DNA from: Acidobacteriota bacterium
Lineage (GTDB): Bacteria > Acidobacteriota > CAIWXX01
Length of the DNA: 64,000 bases
NCBI GenBank assembly: GCA_040755995.1
Contig: JBFMAF010000044.1
Coordinates: 1 to 64,000 of the forward strand
Reading direction: 5' to 3'
Shown here in pieces: positions 18,676 through 28,558 of the stretch. The first letter of the stretch is position 1. Every line of letters starts with the position of its first letter. Under the pieces are notes generated by a model. The model was not told where the DNA came from and did no database searches. It saw only the letters and a list, made by a program, of their open reading frames with translations. The position numbers and the translations under genes are program-made.

Positions 18676-20268
18676 CTACTCGGAACGGGCGAGCGCGCCG
18701 GGTCGATCGCGTGCTGGAGCAGTCCGGCTGGATGCGCCGATCCAGGTCGCGATACATCGGCGCACGGAGGCGATCCGGTGCCACAGCCACACCAACGGCA
18801 GAAACGGATACTGCCACCAGGGGTGGAAGCTGCACCCGTGTGTGCTCTGCCAGGTACCGGCAGGGGCGTGCAGGAAGTACCAGAGCGCGGCGATGCGTGC
18901 TCGCGCCATTCGCCAGAAGGACTGCGACCGGAGCTGGCGGATGTAATAGTTGTCGCCGCGAATGAAGGTGCGAACCAGGAAGCCGAGGTAGCCCCGCGTC
19001 CTTTCGTAACCGACGCGCCGCCGCGACATGTGGCGCGTTCGGACAAGCGTGTTCCACCCGTTATAGGCGGAGTAGTCGTCCTTGTTGACAATCAATCCTT
19101 CTCTGAGGAGATCTTCGCGAAGCTGAGTCCGCGGGTAGGGCGTACAGCCCCACACGATGGGTGCGGCAATGCTGTGATCCTTGATGAACCGAAAGATATC
19201 ACGGATGTCCTGCGCCGCGTCGTCCGGGAGCCCGGCGATGAAGCCGCCCATCACCTGAATCCCGTTCCCCAGCAGCAGCTCGACGGCGCGGACGGAATCG
19301 TGCTGAACCCTGCCCTTCTTCATGAACTGGAGCTGGGCGTCTCGAAGACCATCTATGCCGAGATAGACGAGCGTGAAGTTCGCCTCTCGCATCAGCGGCG
19401 CCAGCTCCGGATTGCGTGCTATGCCGATCGTGCTCGCCTGCACCGAGTATCGCAGGTCATTCACCTGGTTCTCCACAAGTGCAACGCACAGCGACTTGAA
19501 GCGCTCGACATCGAGGGTGATATTGTCATCGGTGAAGAAGACCCGCCTGGCACCCAGCCGCTTCACGCGCCGGATGTCTTCGATGATACGGTCGATGGAA
19601 TACACCCTGAAGTTCCGGCCGTACATCCCACGGATGCTGCAGAAGTTGCAGCTCATGGTGCATCCCCTGGAAGTCTCGACGCAGTCGATCATCCCGTTCC
19701 AGCCGTCCTTGTACCCGAGCAGCCTGGTCTCGCGGTCGGGGAGCGCGACGTCGCGAAGATCGAGAAGCGGGCGGGACGGATTGTGGACGAACATTCCCGC
19801 ATCCTTGAAGGAAACGCCCGGGATGCCGGAGAAGTTGCGGCCTTCCGAGTCGATCGTCTCCAGGAGCTCCCGCACGGTGGCCTCACCCTCTCCGCGGACC
19901 AGGAAGTCAACGAACCCGGCGTACCGGTCTGTCGAGATCACGTCCTCGGCGAGGGTCGCATGGTAGCCGCCGAGCACCGTGATGATCGAAGAATCGATCG
20001 ACTTCACCAGACGCGCGATCCTGCTGGCCATCCGGTATTGGAAGCTCATCGCGGTCAAGCCGACCACGTGCGGGCGGAGCTCCTCCACGGCCCGCTTCAC
20101 CGTGTTCCGGACTCCGTAGGGGCGGATGACGAGGTCAAGGAGCCTGACGGTGAACCGCTTCCGGTCCAGATTGCCTGCGATGGAGCTGATGCCGAGGTGC
20201 GGAACCCAGCCCTCGGCCCACTTGAACGGGAGGATCGTGTCGGGCATCGAGACCAGCAGAATCTTCAC
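18676..20268 (-). CDS. Cobalamin-binding radical SAM protein
   Basis: PHLGISSIAG, VLGGYHAT, VRGEGE, ETSRGCTMSCNFC, FTDDN, TPYPRT; GTG start with GAGGAG RBS. Confidence 0.9.
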   Translation of the reverse strand: MKILLVSMPDTILPFKWAEGWVPHLGISSIAGNLDRKRFTVRLLDLVIRPYGVRNTVKRAVEELRPHVVGLTAMSFQYRMASRIARLVKSIDSSIITVLGGYHATLAEDVISTDRYAGFVDFLVRGEGEATVRELLETIDSEGRNFSGIPGVSFKDAGMFVHNPSRPLLDLRDVALPDRETRLLGYKDGWNGMIDCVETSRGCTMSCNFCSIRGMYGRNFRVYSIDRIIEDIRRVKRLGARRVFFTDDNITLDVERFKSLCVALVENQVNDLRYSVQASTIGIARNPELAPLMREANFTLVYLGIDGLRDAQLQFMKKGRVQHDSVRAVELLLGNGIQVMGGFIAGLPDDAAQDIRDIFRFIKDHSIAAPIVWGCTPYPRTQLREDLLREGLIVNKDDYSAYNGWNTLVRTRHMSRRRVGYERTRGYLGFLVRTFIRGDNYYIRQLRSQSFWRMARARIAALWYFLHAPAGTWQSTHGCSFHPWWQYPFLPLVWLWHRIASVRRCIATWIGASSRTAPARDRPGALARSE

Positions 20269-20419
20269 GGGACTATTCTCCTCGTTGCCCCGGGGGTCCC
20301 AGGACCGCGGGTCGGATCCGCCAGGGCCGTCCGATGATACGAGCATAGGACCCAACGGTCAAACCGGTTGCCTGGCGGAGCAGGGCTGGGCGCCTTAGGC
20401 GCCTTAGGGCACATCCTGA

Positions 20420-20538
20420 GACAACATGTTGTCGGTGTGCGAGTGCAACATGCGTGGGCCCGGCTGGCCCATTTCACGCTCCGGCCTGCGGTGAACCGCG
20501 ACGTCTCACTTGACAGTAACGTCGTACGCCGGTACTCT
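20420..20538 (+). promoter_or_regulatory. Divergent promoter region: 14-bp palindrome and sigma70-like promoter
   Basis: GACAACATGTTGTC at 20420-20433; TTGACA(20510-15)-N17-TACTCT(20533-38). Confidence 0.5.
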
Positions 20539-20580
20539 GACTCGCAGGTAGTCAGATCGAATACTTCGCTGGAGGGGGAT

Positions 20581-22035
20581 ATGACATCCATTCTCAACCG
20601 ATTCATCCCGTTCAAGCGGCTGGGCGAAACCGTGCGCTCCCCGTGTGAACCGGCCGGTGAGAGACGCGGGCGCCGCGCCCGTCGCCTGAACCTGGCCGCT
20701 GTCGGCCTCTTACTCGGGATCATGACTCTAGCCGGCACCTTCAAGATCAGCCGAGATTCTGACTTCGTGCTCAAGTCCCTCGTGATTTCCGGGGACAAGG
20801 TTCTCAACATCCGGCTGCCTGAGGGGCACCTGGTGTCCGGAGTCGTGAAAGACTCCGCGGGATCTCCCATACTTGGAGCCAGAGTGGGCGCCGTGGACGA
20901 GGACGGGTATGGCGGCAGAGCAGGGCTGACTGACGAATCCGGCGCGTTCCAGATCGCTCTGCGGCCGGGGAGATACGAGATTGCTGCCTGGCCGCCCTAC
21001 AGCGGCCAGGCCGATCCAGCCACGTTCCCGCGACTGGTATCCGCGACAGTCGGACATGTCGATGTGGCGAGCGACGTGAATATCGGAGACATCGTTCTGC
21101 CGGACGGCTACGTGGTCAGCGGACAGGTGACGGCGAGTGGCCGGAAGATCGGAGCGCTGTCGGGTGTGGTCGTGGCCTCGAAGACCGACAGCAAGGGACG
21201 GCCGCACCTGGCGGGCTACGCGCTGCTCGGCGGTACGAGGGATGGCGGCACGCGATATGCTATGGCGCTGCCGAAGGGCAAGTACACTCGGGTCCTGACT
21301 GGGGCACAGGCCTTCTCGCTCCCGCCGCCACCAGGATGGGGGCCATGGAACTTGATATCCGCATCATCGTTTGTCACCAGCCCATTGACGGTCAGCAAGG
21401 ACCTCGTAAGGAACATTGTGCTTCCCGCCGCTTCGAAGCTTTCCGGGTCAGTGAAGGACAAGGCTGGCCGGCCACTGCACGGCGTCCTCGGCATAAGCGT
21501 GAAAGGGAGCAGTCCCGCCAAAGATGGCCTGGCGACTGCGTTCGTAGTGACAAACGGGAAGTTCGTCGGGTGTCTGGTACCCGGAACGTACGATGTTGTC
21601 TATGTGCCGACGATGGATACGTCTTATGCTGGAAAGGCGACGCAGACACACACGGAAGTGGCCCTAACGGAGGCCGCGCGTACGCTCAATATCACGGCAG
21701 AGGATGGGATCGTGCTCTCGGGGAAGGTCAAGGACGCTGCTGGGAAGCTGGCGAGATTCGGCTCGGTTGCGCTCTACCCAGTGGATGCTCCCGTGACCGG
21801 CGCGGATACTTTGCCACAGATCGCGAAGGTGGACAAGAAGGGCTCATATAGATTGTGCGTGCCGCCGGGGGAGTATGACGTTCAGGCCGGCGCCGATAGG
21901 GGTGCGGGCATGCTTGCATCGGTACTGCCGGGAATGCCGGGGATGCCGGAGTATCCCGGCGAATCACGGCCTCTGTTAGAGACGCTGACATCGTTGATTG
22001 CGCGCCTGCGGCTCGCGTTCTCCAGATTGTGGTGA
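20581..22035 (+). CDS. Membrane-anchored protein with repeated carboxypeptidase-regulatory-like (beta-sandwich) domains
   Basis: Repeated SGxVKDxAG...PGxY pattern; TM near N-terminus. Confidence 0.7.
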   Translation: MTSILNRFIPFKRLGETVRSPCEPAGERRGRRARRLNLAAVGLLLGIMTLAGTFKISRDSDFVLKSLVISGDKVLNIRLPEGHLVSGVVKDSAGSPILGARVGAVDEDGYGGRAGLTDESGAFQIALRPGRYEIAAWPPYSGQADPATFPRLVSATVGHVDVASDVNIGDIVLPDGYVVSGQVTASGRKIGALSGVVVASKTDSKGRPHLAGYALLGGTRDGGTRYAMALPKGKYTRVLTGAQAFSLPPPPGWGPWNLISASSFVTSPLTVSKDLVRNIVLPAASKLSGSVKDKAGRPLHGVLGISVKGSSPAKDGLATAFVVTNGKFVGCLVPGTYDVVYVPTMDTSYAGKATQTHTEVALTEAARTLNITAEDGIVLSGKVKDAAGKLARFGSVALYPVDAPVTGADTLPQIAKVDKKGSYRLCVPPGEYDVQAGADRGAGMLASVLPGMPGMPEYPGESRPLLETLTSLIARLRLAFSRLW

Positions 22036-22043
22036 GGGCAAGC

Positions 22044-22646
22044 ATGATACGCAACAGTACACATTCACCCGTGCGCGTTCTGCGGATGGGCATCATCGTG
22101 ATGGTCGGTGCTTCATTGCTGCCGCTGTGGTATCAGCATTCAGCCGCGTGGAGGCACTGGAAGGTGCAGGCCTCGGACCAGTCAGACGGTACCTGGTACG
22201 ACCCTATCACTGGCTACCACGTGAAGGAAATGGGCGGCGGCTACACTATCTCGTTGAAGCATGAGTTTCTGGGGGATTTCGTGGCACACTCCGCGTTGAT
22301 CACGGGGAAAGTCACGAAAGGCGGAAAACCGGCCGCTGGCGTCGAAGTCTACTTCGGAATCGACTGGGGTCCACATTATGGCCAATTGGCAATTGAAACC
22401 AAGACAGGCCAAGATGGGACTGCTCAGGTGACCCTTCCTAACGACGGGCAACTGGGCACAGATCTGATTTGGCTGGGGGTCTCAAGCCTGGATGATGCTG
22501 GGGCCGATGGCCCAGGTGACTATCGGCTGACGAGGAGGAGGTCGACGGCGGAGGAAATCAAATGGGGGGAGGGGCCTTTCGGATCGGTTGCGGACCCCAA
22601 GACTGGGAAGTGGTGTTGTTTCTCGAGCTGCTTTGATGAGGACTGA
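22044..22646 (+). CDS. Exported hypothetical protein with Ig-like segment
   Basis: Hydrophobic N-terminus; GKPAAGVEV...KTGQDGTA; Cys-rich end. Confidence 0.55.
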   Translation: MIRNSTHSPVRVLRMGIIVMVGASLLPLWYQHSAAWRHWKVQASDQSDGTWYDPITGYHVKEMGGGYTISLKHEFLGDFVAHSALITGKVTKGGKPAAGVEVYFGIDWGPHYGQLAIETKTGQDGTAQVTLPNDGQLGTDLIWLGVSSLDDAGADGPGDYRLTRRRSTAEEIKWGEGPFGSVADPKTGKWCCFSSCFDED

Positions 22647-22730
22647 TCCTCCAGCACTAGCCTTTCCGGGCACGCTTGGGCTACGATATGCGTGCGATGG
22701 CGCATCGAGGCGGCCCCAGGCGAAGATAGC

Positions 22731-23654
22731 ATGCACCCCGTCATTCACATCAGCTCTCTCTCGATCAGCTCGTACGCAGTCATGATGTCTCTTGCGGTCA
22801 TCGCCTTCATCGCACTCGTTCTTCACCGGGCCGAACGAGAAGGTCTGGATGCCAACCGGCTGGCCAAGTTGGCGCCGTGGGGACTTCTGTCAATGCTCAT
22901 CGGGGCGCGGTTGTTCTACGTTGTGGTGAACCTCCGCGACTATGCCTCGCGGCCCGCGGACATACTCAGGTTCTGGAGGGGCGGGATCGTCAGTTACGGT
23001 GGTTTCCTCGCTTTTTTCATCTTCTGCACGTTGAGCATCAAGTACTGGCTCCGCATGCCCGTGTGGCATTGCACCGACATCGCGACGCCGGCACTGGCGG
23101 CCGCCGTTTGCTTCTGGCGCATCGGGTGTTTTCTCGGTGGCTGCTGCTACGGAGCGCCGACCGACTTGCCTTGGGCAGTTCTGTTCCCACGGTTTGCGCC
23201 GCCCGACGCTCGGTATCGCGGGTTCCTTTGGTGTGCGCCCCCAGACACGCCAGGCGTATTCCGCCATCCGACGGAGCTCTACGAGGCGCTGATCGGCCTG
23301 ACCGGCTTCTTTCTGTTCTCCTGGGCGCTGAAGAAGGTTAGTCGTCGGGACGGCGTGCTCTTCTGGGCATGCGTCGGTGCCTACGCCTGGCTGCGGGTCG
23401 CCGTCGAGGTGGTGCGGGACGATCCGCGCGGTCAGCTCGTCCTGCTGTTCGGGCCTGGTGTGCAGGACCATGTGCGCTGGATCGAGGTGCCCGTGTCGCG
23501 GTATCTGCCCAGTCACACCGCGGAGCTCAGCCTCTGGTTGTCGACCGCGCAGATCGTCAGCATCGCGCTTCTTCTGGTCTCCGCCGGCTTCATCATCAAC
23601 CGGCTGGGCAGCGAGCCGGTCCATTCAACGCCCGGCCGTACCATCGCACAATAG
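22731..23654 (+). CDS. lgt: Prolipoprotein diacylglyceryl transferase family
   Basis: IGARLFYV, GGIVSYGG, RIGCFLGGCCYG, HPTELYE, EVVRDD. Confidence 0.85.
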   Translation: MHPVIHISSLSISSYAVMMSLAVIAFIALVLHRAEREGLDANRLAKLAPWGLLSMLIGARLFYVVVNLRDYASRPADILRFWRGGIVSYGGFLAFFIFCTLSIKYWLRMPVWHCTDIATPALAAAVCFWRIGCFLGGCCYGAPTDLPWAVLFPRFAPPDARYRGFLWCAPPDTPGVFRHPTELYEALIGLTGFFLFSWALKKVSRRDGVLFWACVGAYAWLRVAVEVVRDDPRGQLVLLFGPGVQDHVRWIEVPVSRYLPSHTAELSLWLSTAQIVSIALLLVSAGFIINRLGSEPVHSTPGRTIAQ

Positions 23655-23809
23655 CCGCGACCAGATCGAATCGTTCGGATGACTGGCTATTCGTATCTTC
23701 GACTTAGCGATCGTGATGTGGAGGATGGCGGGTTCTGCCGGCGGAATCCGTTTGCTAAGTGAGTATGAGAAACGACGGATTGAACGGAGTGGAAAGAGGA
23801 GGAAACATC

Positions 23810-24286
23810 ATGTCAGAGATCACGAACCTCGGCCAGGCAATGGTCACAATCAACAACTCCCACCGGCCAACCGATCCGGTTGCGGTGAACATCAACAACA
23901 ATCACGCGCCGGAGACCGTGGCCGGTGACCTGAGGCCCAATGCGCGTCTTTGGGGTGCAGGCGAAGGCGTCGCCCAGCAGGTGGATAGATTCGAAACGAT
24001 CCCGCCAGACTCCTTCGGCCCGTTTCAGTCGCCGGGCGGCGCTTCCCTTCCTTGGGTCGGTCGCACAACTGATCAGACGCCTCAGGTGACCGAAGGCACC
24101 TCTTTGCCATGGGTTGGCAAGACTGCCGGGCCCGATGGAGAGGCATTGCCATGGGTCGGCAAGACCGCATAGCCTGGTGGCCAGGCCCTGCCTTGGGTAG
24201 GACAGACCGCCGGACCAGAAATCAAGATCGACCAAGCTGCGGGAACGGGGAACGGGTCGCTGCCCTGGGTTGGCCGGACCGTGTAG
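23810..24286 (+). CDS. Small repeat protein with five LPWVG[R/K/Q]T units; in-frame TAG at 24170-24172
   Basis: AGGAGG RBS before ATG 23810; three repeats before the TAG and two more in frame after it, up to TAG 24284-24286. Confidence 0.65.
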
Positions 24287-24310
24287 TTCGAAAGAACGAA
24301 TCGCAGTCTG

Positions 24311-24338
24311 CTAGGGGCGCACGCCGTGCGCTCCTACA
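24311..24338. terminator. GC-rich hairpin (GTAG REP-like) between convergent genes
   Basis: TAGGGGCGCAC-GCC-GTGCGCTCCTA. Confidence 0.45.
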
Positions 24339-24362
24339 GGCATTCCCTTCGCTCACGCGAGC

Positions 24363-27300
24363 CTAGCGCCGCCCCGCTCCTTCCGCCAGGAGCTTGCGGC
24401 ACTCGGCGAGCAGCGGGGTGTACTCGTGACCCAGGAATCGGTTGATCTGGATAGCGCCTCCGATCCGGGCCTCGGCTTGACGCAGAAGATCGGCCCGGCG
24501 GCTGGCATCGGATGCTGATCGCGCGTCGGCCAGGAGGAGCGCTCCCGCAAGCGCATCCGTTGCTGGATCCCGAGGACTGAGCGATTGCAGGCTTTGGACC
24601 GCGGCGAGACCATCCCTGATGCAGCTCTGCAGGGCCTCGGCGTGCTTGCTCGCCGACTTCACGATCGACTTGCCATATGAGGTCATGAGCCATTCTGCTT
24701 CACGTCGGTACGTTTCAGCCATCCTGAAATGCGCATCCACACCTTTCTCGTTCAGGTCGATGGATTTCCTCAGCCACGCACGGCTGCTCTCGAGCTCGCG
24801 CCGGGGATCTCGACCTCTGGCCATGCTCCAGCGTGCTGCAATCAACTCGAGCTTGCCGAGATTCTCACAGGCCACCGCGTTTCGCGGGTCGAGTCTCCTC
24901 GCAGTGTCCAGACTCATTCGCGCCTTCCTGAGCAATGACTCGGGGTCGCGCCCGTTCAGCAGCGAATACTCTGCCGCCGCGACGTACAGTCCTCCAAGGT
25001 TGCTGTGGTTGCCCGCGTTGTCGGCGTCGATTCCCAGTGTGGCCTCATGGTTGGCAATGGCCTTCTGCAGTGTGTCCGCCGGATCGACGCCTTGGCTGAT
25101 CTGAAACACGGCCCGATTGGTGTATACGACCCCGAGGTTGGCGAGGGCCGCCCAATCGTCTTTGTGCACGCGTAACGCCGCCTCGTAGCTCTCGATCGCC
25201 TTCTGCCACGGACCGAACGGGTCGTCTCCGTGGGTGGAAGCGTACAGGGCCAGGTAGTCATGGACTATCCCGAGACTGTTCCACGCGGCCGGGAAGTTCC
25301 GATTGATTCGAAGGGCCGCCTCCAGACTCTCTCGCGCTTTGTCCAACTCCGCCCTTGGGTCCTCGCCGCGGCTCATCTGGCGAGCCGCTATATATCGATG
25401 GACGATTCCGAGCCCGTTGTATGCGCTCGTGTACTTCGGGTCTATGCTGAGGGCTCCTTCGAAACTCTCGATCGCCTTGCGCCAGGAGGTCGATGGGTCT
25501 TGTCCGTGCTTGAGCTGGTAACTGGCCATGACGCCGTAGACGACTCCGACCCCGTTGCGAGTATCCACCGACCCGGGGCTCAACTCGATCGCCTTCTGAT
25601 AGCTTCCGATGGCCCTCTGCCACGAGGCCACTGGATCCATCCCGTGCTCCATCTCGTACATGGCAAGGTTGTTGAGAGCAAGGCCCATGATGCGCGGGGG
25701 TGACTCGTCGCTCGGCTCGATCGACTCCGCTCGAGCGGCCGCCTCGACTGCCACACGGAGCGTATCGCGGGCGTCCTCGCCGTGTCTCGACTGATACGTT
25801 CCCCACCAGGCGAGGCAACGCGCCTTTTCGACCCAAGCCTGCTCTCGCCTCGGGTCGGCCCGCAGAGCGCTTTCAAACGCGCCGACTGCCCGCTGATACG
25901 GCTCGGCCGGAGACTCACCTGTGAAATCGACGCGCATTCCCATGAGGTCCACCTGAAGGCTGCAGATTCGTGTGTAGACGCTGGCGTCGCTACGTGCCTT
26001 CTCAACGGCCCGGTCGTAAGCGCTCTGCGCTGCCGCGTACATCGCAGCAGCCCGCTGATGGTCGCCGCTCTGTGTTGCATTCTTTCCCATCGCGGCGTAT
26101 GCGTCGCCCGCCAGTATGTCGGCCTCGTAGAGAGCGGGCACATCAGTCGCGACCTTTGCCAGCATCCGCACGGAGGCCTCATAGTCCCGCTCGAGGTACT
26201 TGAGCAGTCCTGTGAGGTATCCCGCTTCTCTTTCCTTGAACCCTCGTCGGACCTGCGCCACGTACTGCAGAGCCGGCTTGCGGTACTGTTCGTCGAGCTG
26301 CTTCAACCTCGCTTCCCTCGCGTCCTTCTGGCGGATTTGCGTGGCCTCGGCCGCCTTCTGTCTGTAAATCTCAGCTGTAGCCAGACCGAGGGAATATGCG
26401 GCCTCGGACTCCCGATATTGGTACCTGCCCCATGCCGCGGAGAGATGCTCCAGAGCCCGCGAGTAGTCGCCGAGGACGAGGTAGCCGCGGCCGAGGGCGC
26501 ATTCACCTGCGCCCTGGGCCACTCCACCGAGCCGCGACATATTCTGCCGAATCCACCCCATATCCTGCTCGGCCTGCTTGCGGGCGTAGCTGACGTCGTG
26601 CAGAGGCAGCATGTAGGCGCGCTTGACCGACGACTCCACTCGCTCGATCGCCTGGCCGAACTCCTTGGCCAGGCGTACACGTTCCGCCGTCTGCCATCGA
26701 GTCCAGAGCAAGGCCGCAACGAGGGCCGCAACGATGAGCGCTGCCGTCGCACTGGCACCAACGGCCCACTTGTGCCTCCGCACGCGCTTCGAAAGGAGAT
26801 AGAGGCCGCTGACGCGGCGCGCCCGCACGGGCTCGCCTGACAGGTAGCGACCGATGTCCTCGGCAAGCGCTTTCGCAGAGTCATAGCGATGCGCGGGGTC
26901 CTTCTCCAGGCACCTCATCACGACGGCCTCCAGGTCTGCGGGAATGCTGGGGATTCGTTTCCTCAGGCGTTCCGGCTCTTCCTCGACGATCTTGAGGAGA
27001 AGAGACGGAGTCGTGTCTGCCTCGTGCGGCGGCTGGCCCGAGAACAGCTCATACATGGTCGCGCCCAGTGCGTACACATCGGTGCGCCGGTCGAGCCTCG
27101 ATGTCTCTCCGCGCACCTGCTCGGGGGCCATATACAAGGGCGTGCCGATCAAGCTGCCTGCCACGGTGGTTGTCTCGCGCCCGACTTCTCTGGCGAGACC
27201 GAAATCCATGACGTAAGGCCTCCATTGGCCGTCCGGACTCCGCTCCACCATGATGTTCTCCGGCTTCACGTCGCGGTGAACGAGCCCCAATTTGTGCGCT

Positions 27301-27788
27301 TCATGCAGGGCTTCTGCGGCCATCTGGACGGTGCGCGCCTTCTGTTCGAGCGTCATCTCGCGGCCCGCCGCCAACAGTGTCTCGCCGTCGACGTACTGCA
27401 TCGCGATGTAAGGCTTCCCGATATGCTCGCCGACCTCGTGTATCTGGCAGACGTGCTCGTGCTGGACCTTGGCCTGGCTGCGCGCCTCTCGCAAAAAACG
27501 CTCGATCAGCGTCGGGTCATCGGCGCGCAGTTGCTTCAGCGCGACATGACGTTGGAGTTGCGTATCGTATGCCTTGTAGACGATGCCGATCCCACCTGCA
27601 CCCAGAACTCGTTCGATCACATACTTGCCCCAATGCTCACCGTCGCGAACCGGGGCGGCTCCACTCGTGGAGGATTCGCCGGGGCCAGCAGGAGTCCCAG
27701 TCGTGGCTGCTGCGTTATCCGAGACCAGCCGCGCATCGATGGTCTCTGGTGCTCTGGGCTTCTCTTTCTGATCGTTCGGAAGCGCCAT
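24363..27788 (-). CDS. Ser/Thr protein kinase with TM helix and long TPR array
   Basis: LGAGGIG, HRDVKPEN, DFGLA, YMAPEQ; repeated AIxSYxxAL...NxLG TPR units; AGGAGG before ATG 27788. Confidence 0.92.
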   Translation of the reverse strand: MALPNDQKEKPRAPETIDARLVSDNAAATTGTPAGPGESSTSGAAPVRDGEHWGKYVIERVLGAGGIGIVYKAYDTQLQRHVALKQLRADDPTLIERFLREARSQAKVQHEHVCQIHEVGEHIGKPYIAMQYVDGETLLAAGREMTLEQKARTVQMAAEALHEAHKLGLVHRDVKPENIMVERSPDGQWRPYVMDFGLAREVGRETTTVAGSLIGTPLYMAPEQVRGETSRLDRRTDVYALGATMYELFSGQPPHEADTTPSLLLKIVEEEPERLRKRIPSIPADLEAVVMRCLEKDPAHRYDSAKALAEDIGRYLSGEPVRARRVSGLYLLSKRVRRHKWAVGASATAALIVAALVAALLWTRWQTAERVRLAKEFGQAIERVESSVKRAYMLPLHDVSYARKQAEQDMGWIRQNMSRLGGVAQGAGECALGRGYLVLGDYSRALEHLSAAWGRYQYRESEAAYSLGLATAEIYRQKAAEATQIRQKDAREARLKQLDEQYRKPALQYVAQVRRGFKEREAGYLTGLLKYLERDYEASVRMLAKVATDVPALYEADILAGDAYAAMGKNATQSGDHQRAAAMYAAAQSAYDRAVEKARSDASVYTRICSLQVDLMGMRVDFTGESPAEPYQRAVGAFESALRADPRREQAWVEKARCLAWWGTYQSRHGEDARDTLRVAVEAAARAESIEPSDESPPRIMGLALNNLAMYEMEHGMDPVASWQRAIGSYQKAIELSPGSVDTRNGVGVVYGVMASYQLKHGQDPSTSWRKAIESFEGALSIDPKYTSAYNGLGIVHRYIAARQMSRGEDPRAELDKARESLEAALRINRNFPAAWNSLGIVHDYLALYASTHGDDPFGPWQKAIESYEAALRVHKDDWAALANLGVVYTNRAVFQISQGVDPADTLQKAIANHEATLGIDADNAGNHSNLGGLYVAAAEYSLLNGRDPESLLRKARMSLDTARRLDPRNAVACENLGKLELIAARWSMARGRDPRRELESSRAWLRKSIDLNEKGVDAHFRMAETYRREAEWLMTSYGKSIVKSASKHAEALQSCIRDGLAAVQSLQSLSPRDPATDALAGALLLADARSASDASRRADLLRQAEARIGGAIQINRFLGHEYTPLLAECRKLLAEGAGRR

Positions 27789-28558
27789 CGCTAGCCCCTC
27801 CTGTGATACGCGTTCATGGCCAGATCGAGCGCACTCGTCGAATTTGCGGGGGTCTGGCGGGCTGAGCCCAGATCCCCGCTTGCGCCCGTTGCTGCATTTC
27901 ACTCTACACGCAGACCCGCCATGCGTCAACGCGAGTCCCACGCTTCGGCTGGGAACAGCTGTACTCAAGCGACCGTGAACGGCCGTACACGCCCGCGAGT
28001 GCTTGATCCACATCAGATTCGCGATCGTCTTTCGCAGAACACTCACGACGCAGCGAGTACCTGCCTCCACTGTCCCCTGGGATGATCGTCGGCAACTCAA
28101 GAGGCTTCCTGAGGTTAGCATCCTCGCATGCGATGGCACGCATCACGCATTGAAGGTGGAGGGTGTCAAGAGCAACACTGTTGCTTTTCGGGTGTAATGA
28201 TCATAAGACGACCGCTTGGACCGAGACAGAGGAGGAAGTTATGAGGCACATCGCGATTTGCCTGTTTGCCGTTGTCGGCATGAAAGGCAAGAAGTCGAAG
28301 CTTCCGGTGTCGGACCCCTGCGCCGCGCAACGCGAGCCTTGAGGTGCTGCGACAGCACCATCGGCTACTGCGCGTCCTCGTAAATTGCACACCCACACCC
28401 CTGCGGAATCACACGCACGACGCCTGGATCGTGTAGAATAGGAGGTGTTGTACATGGGAATAGGCGAGTTGTGGTCTCCGAGCAGTCGAGTTCCACCTTG
28501 TGCGTTCGTGCGGAGACTGACAACTGACAACCGACAACTATCAACTTCCTGAGGTACT

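Noticed and set aside
24170..24172. Genome-wide TAG reassignment
   Set aside because: Several recognisable genes here end at TAG at their expected C-termini (e.g. decarboxylase, scpB, DHH, lgt)
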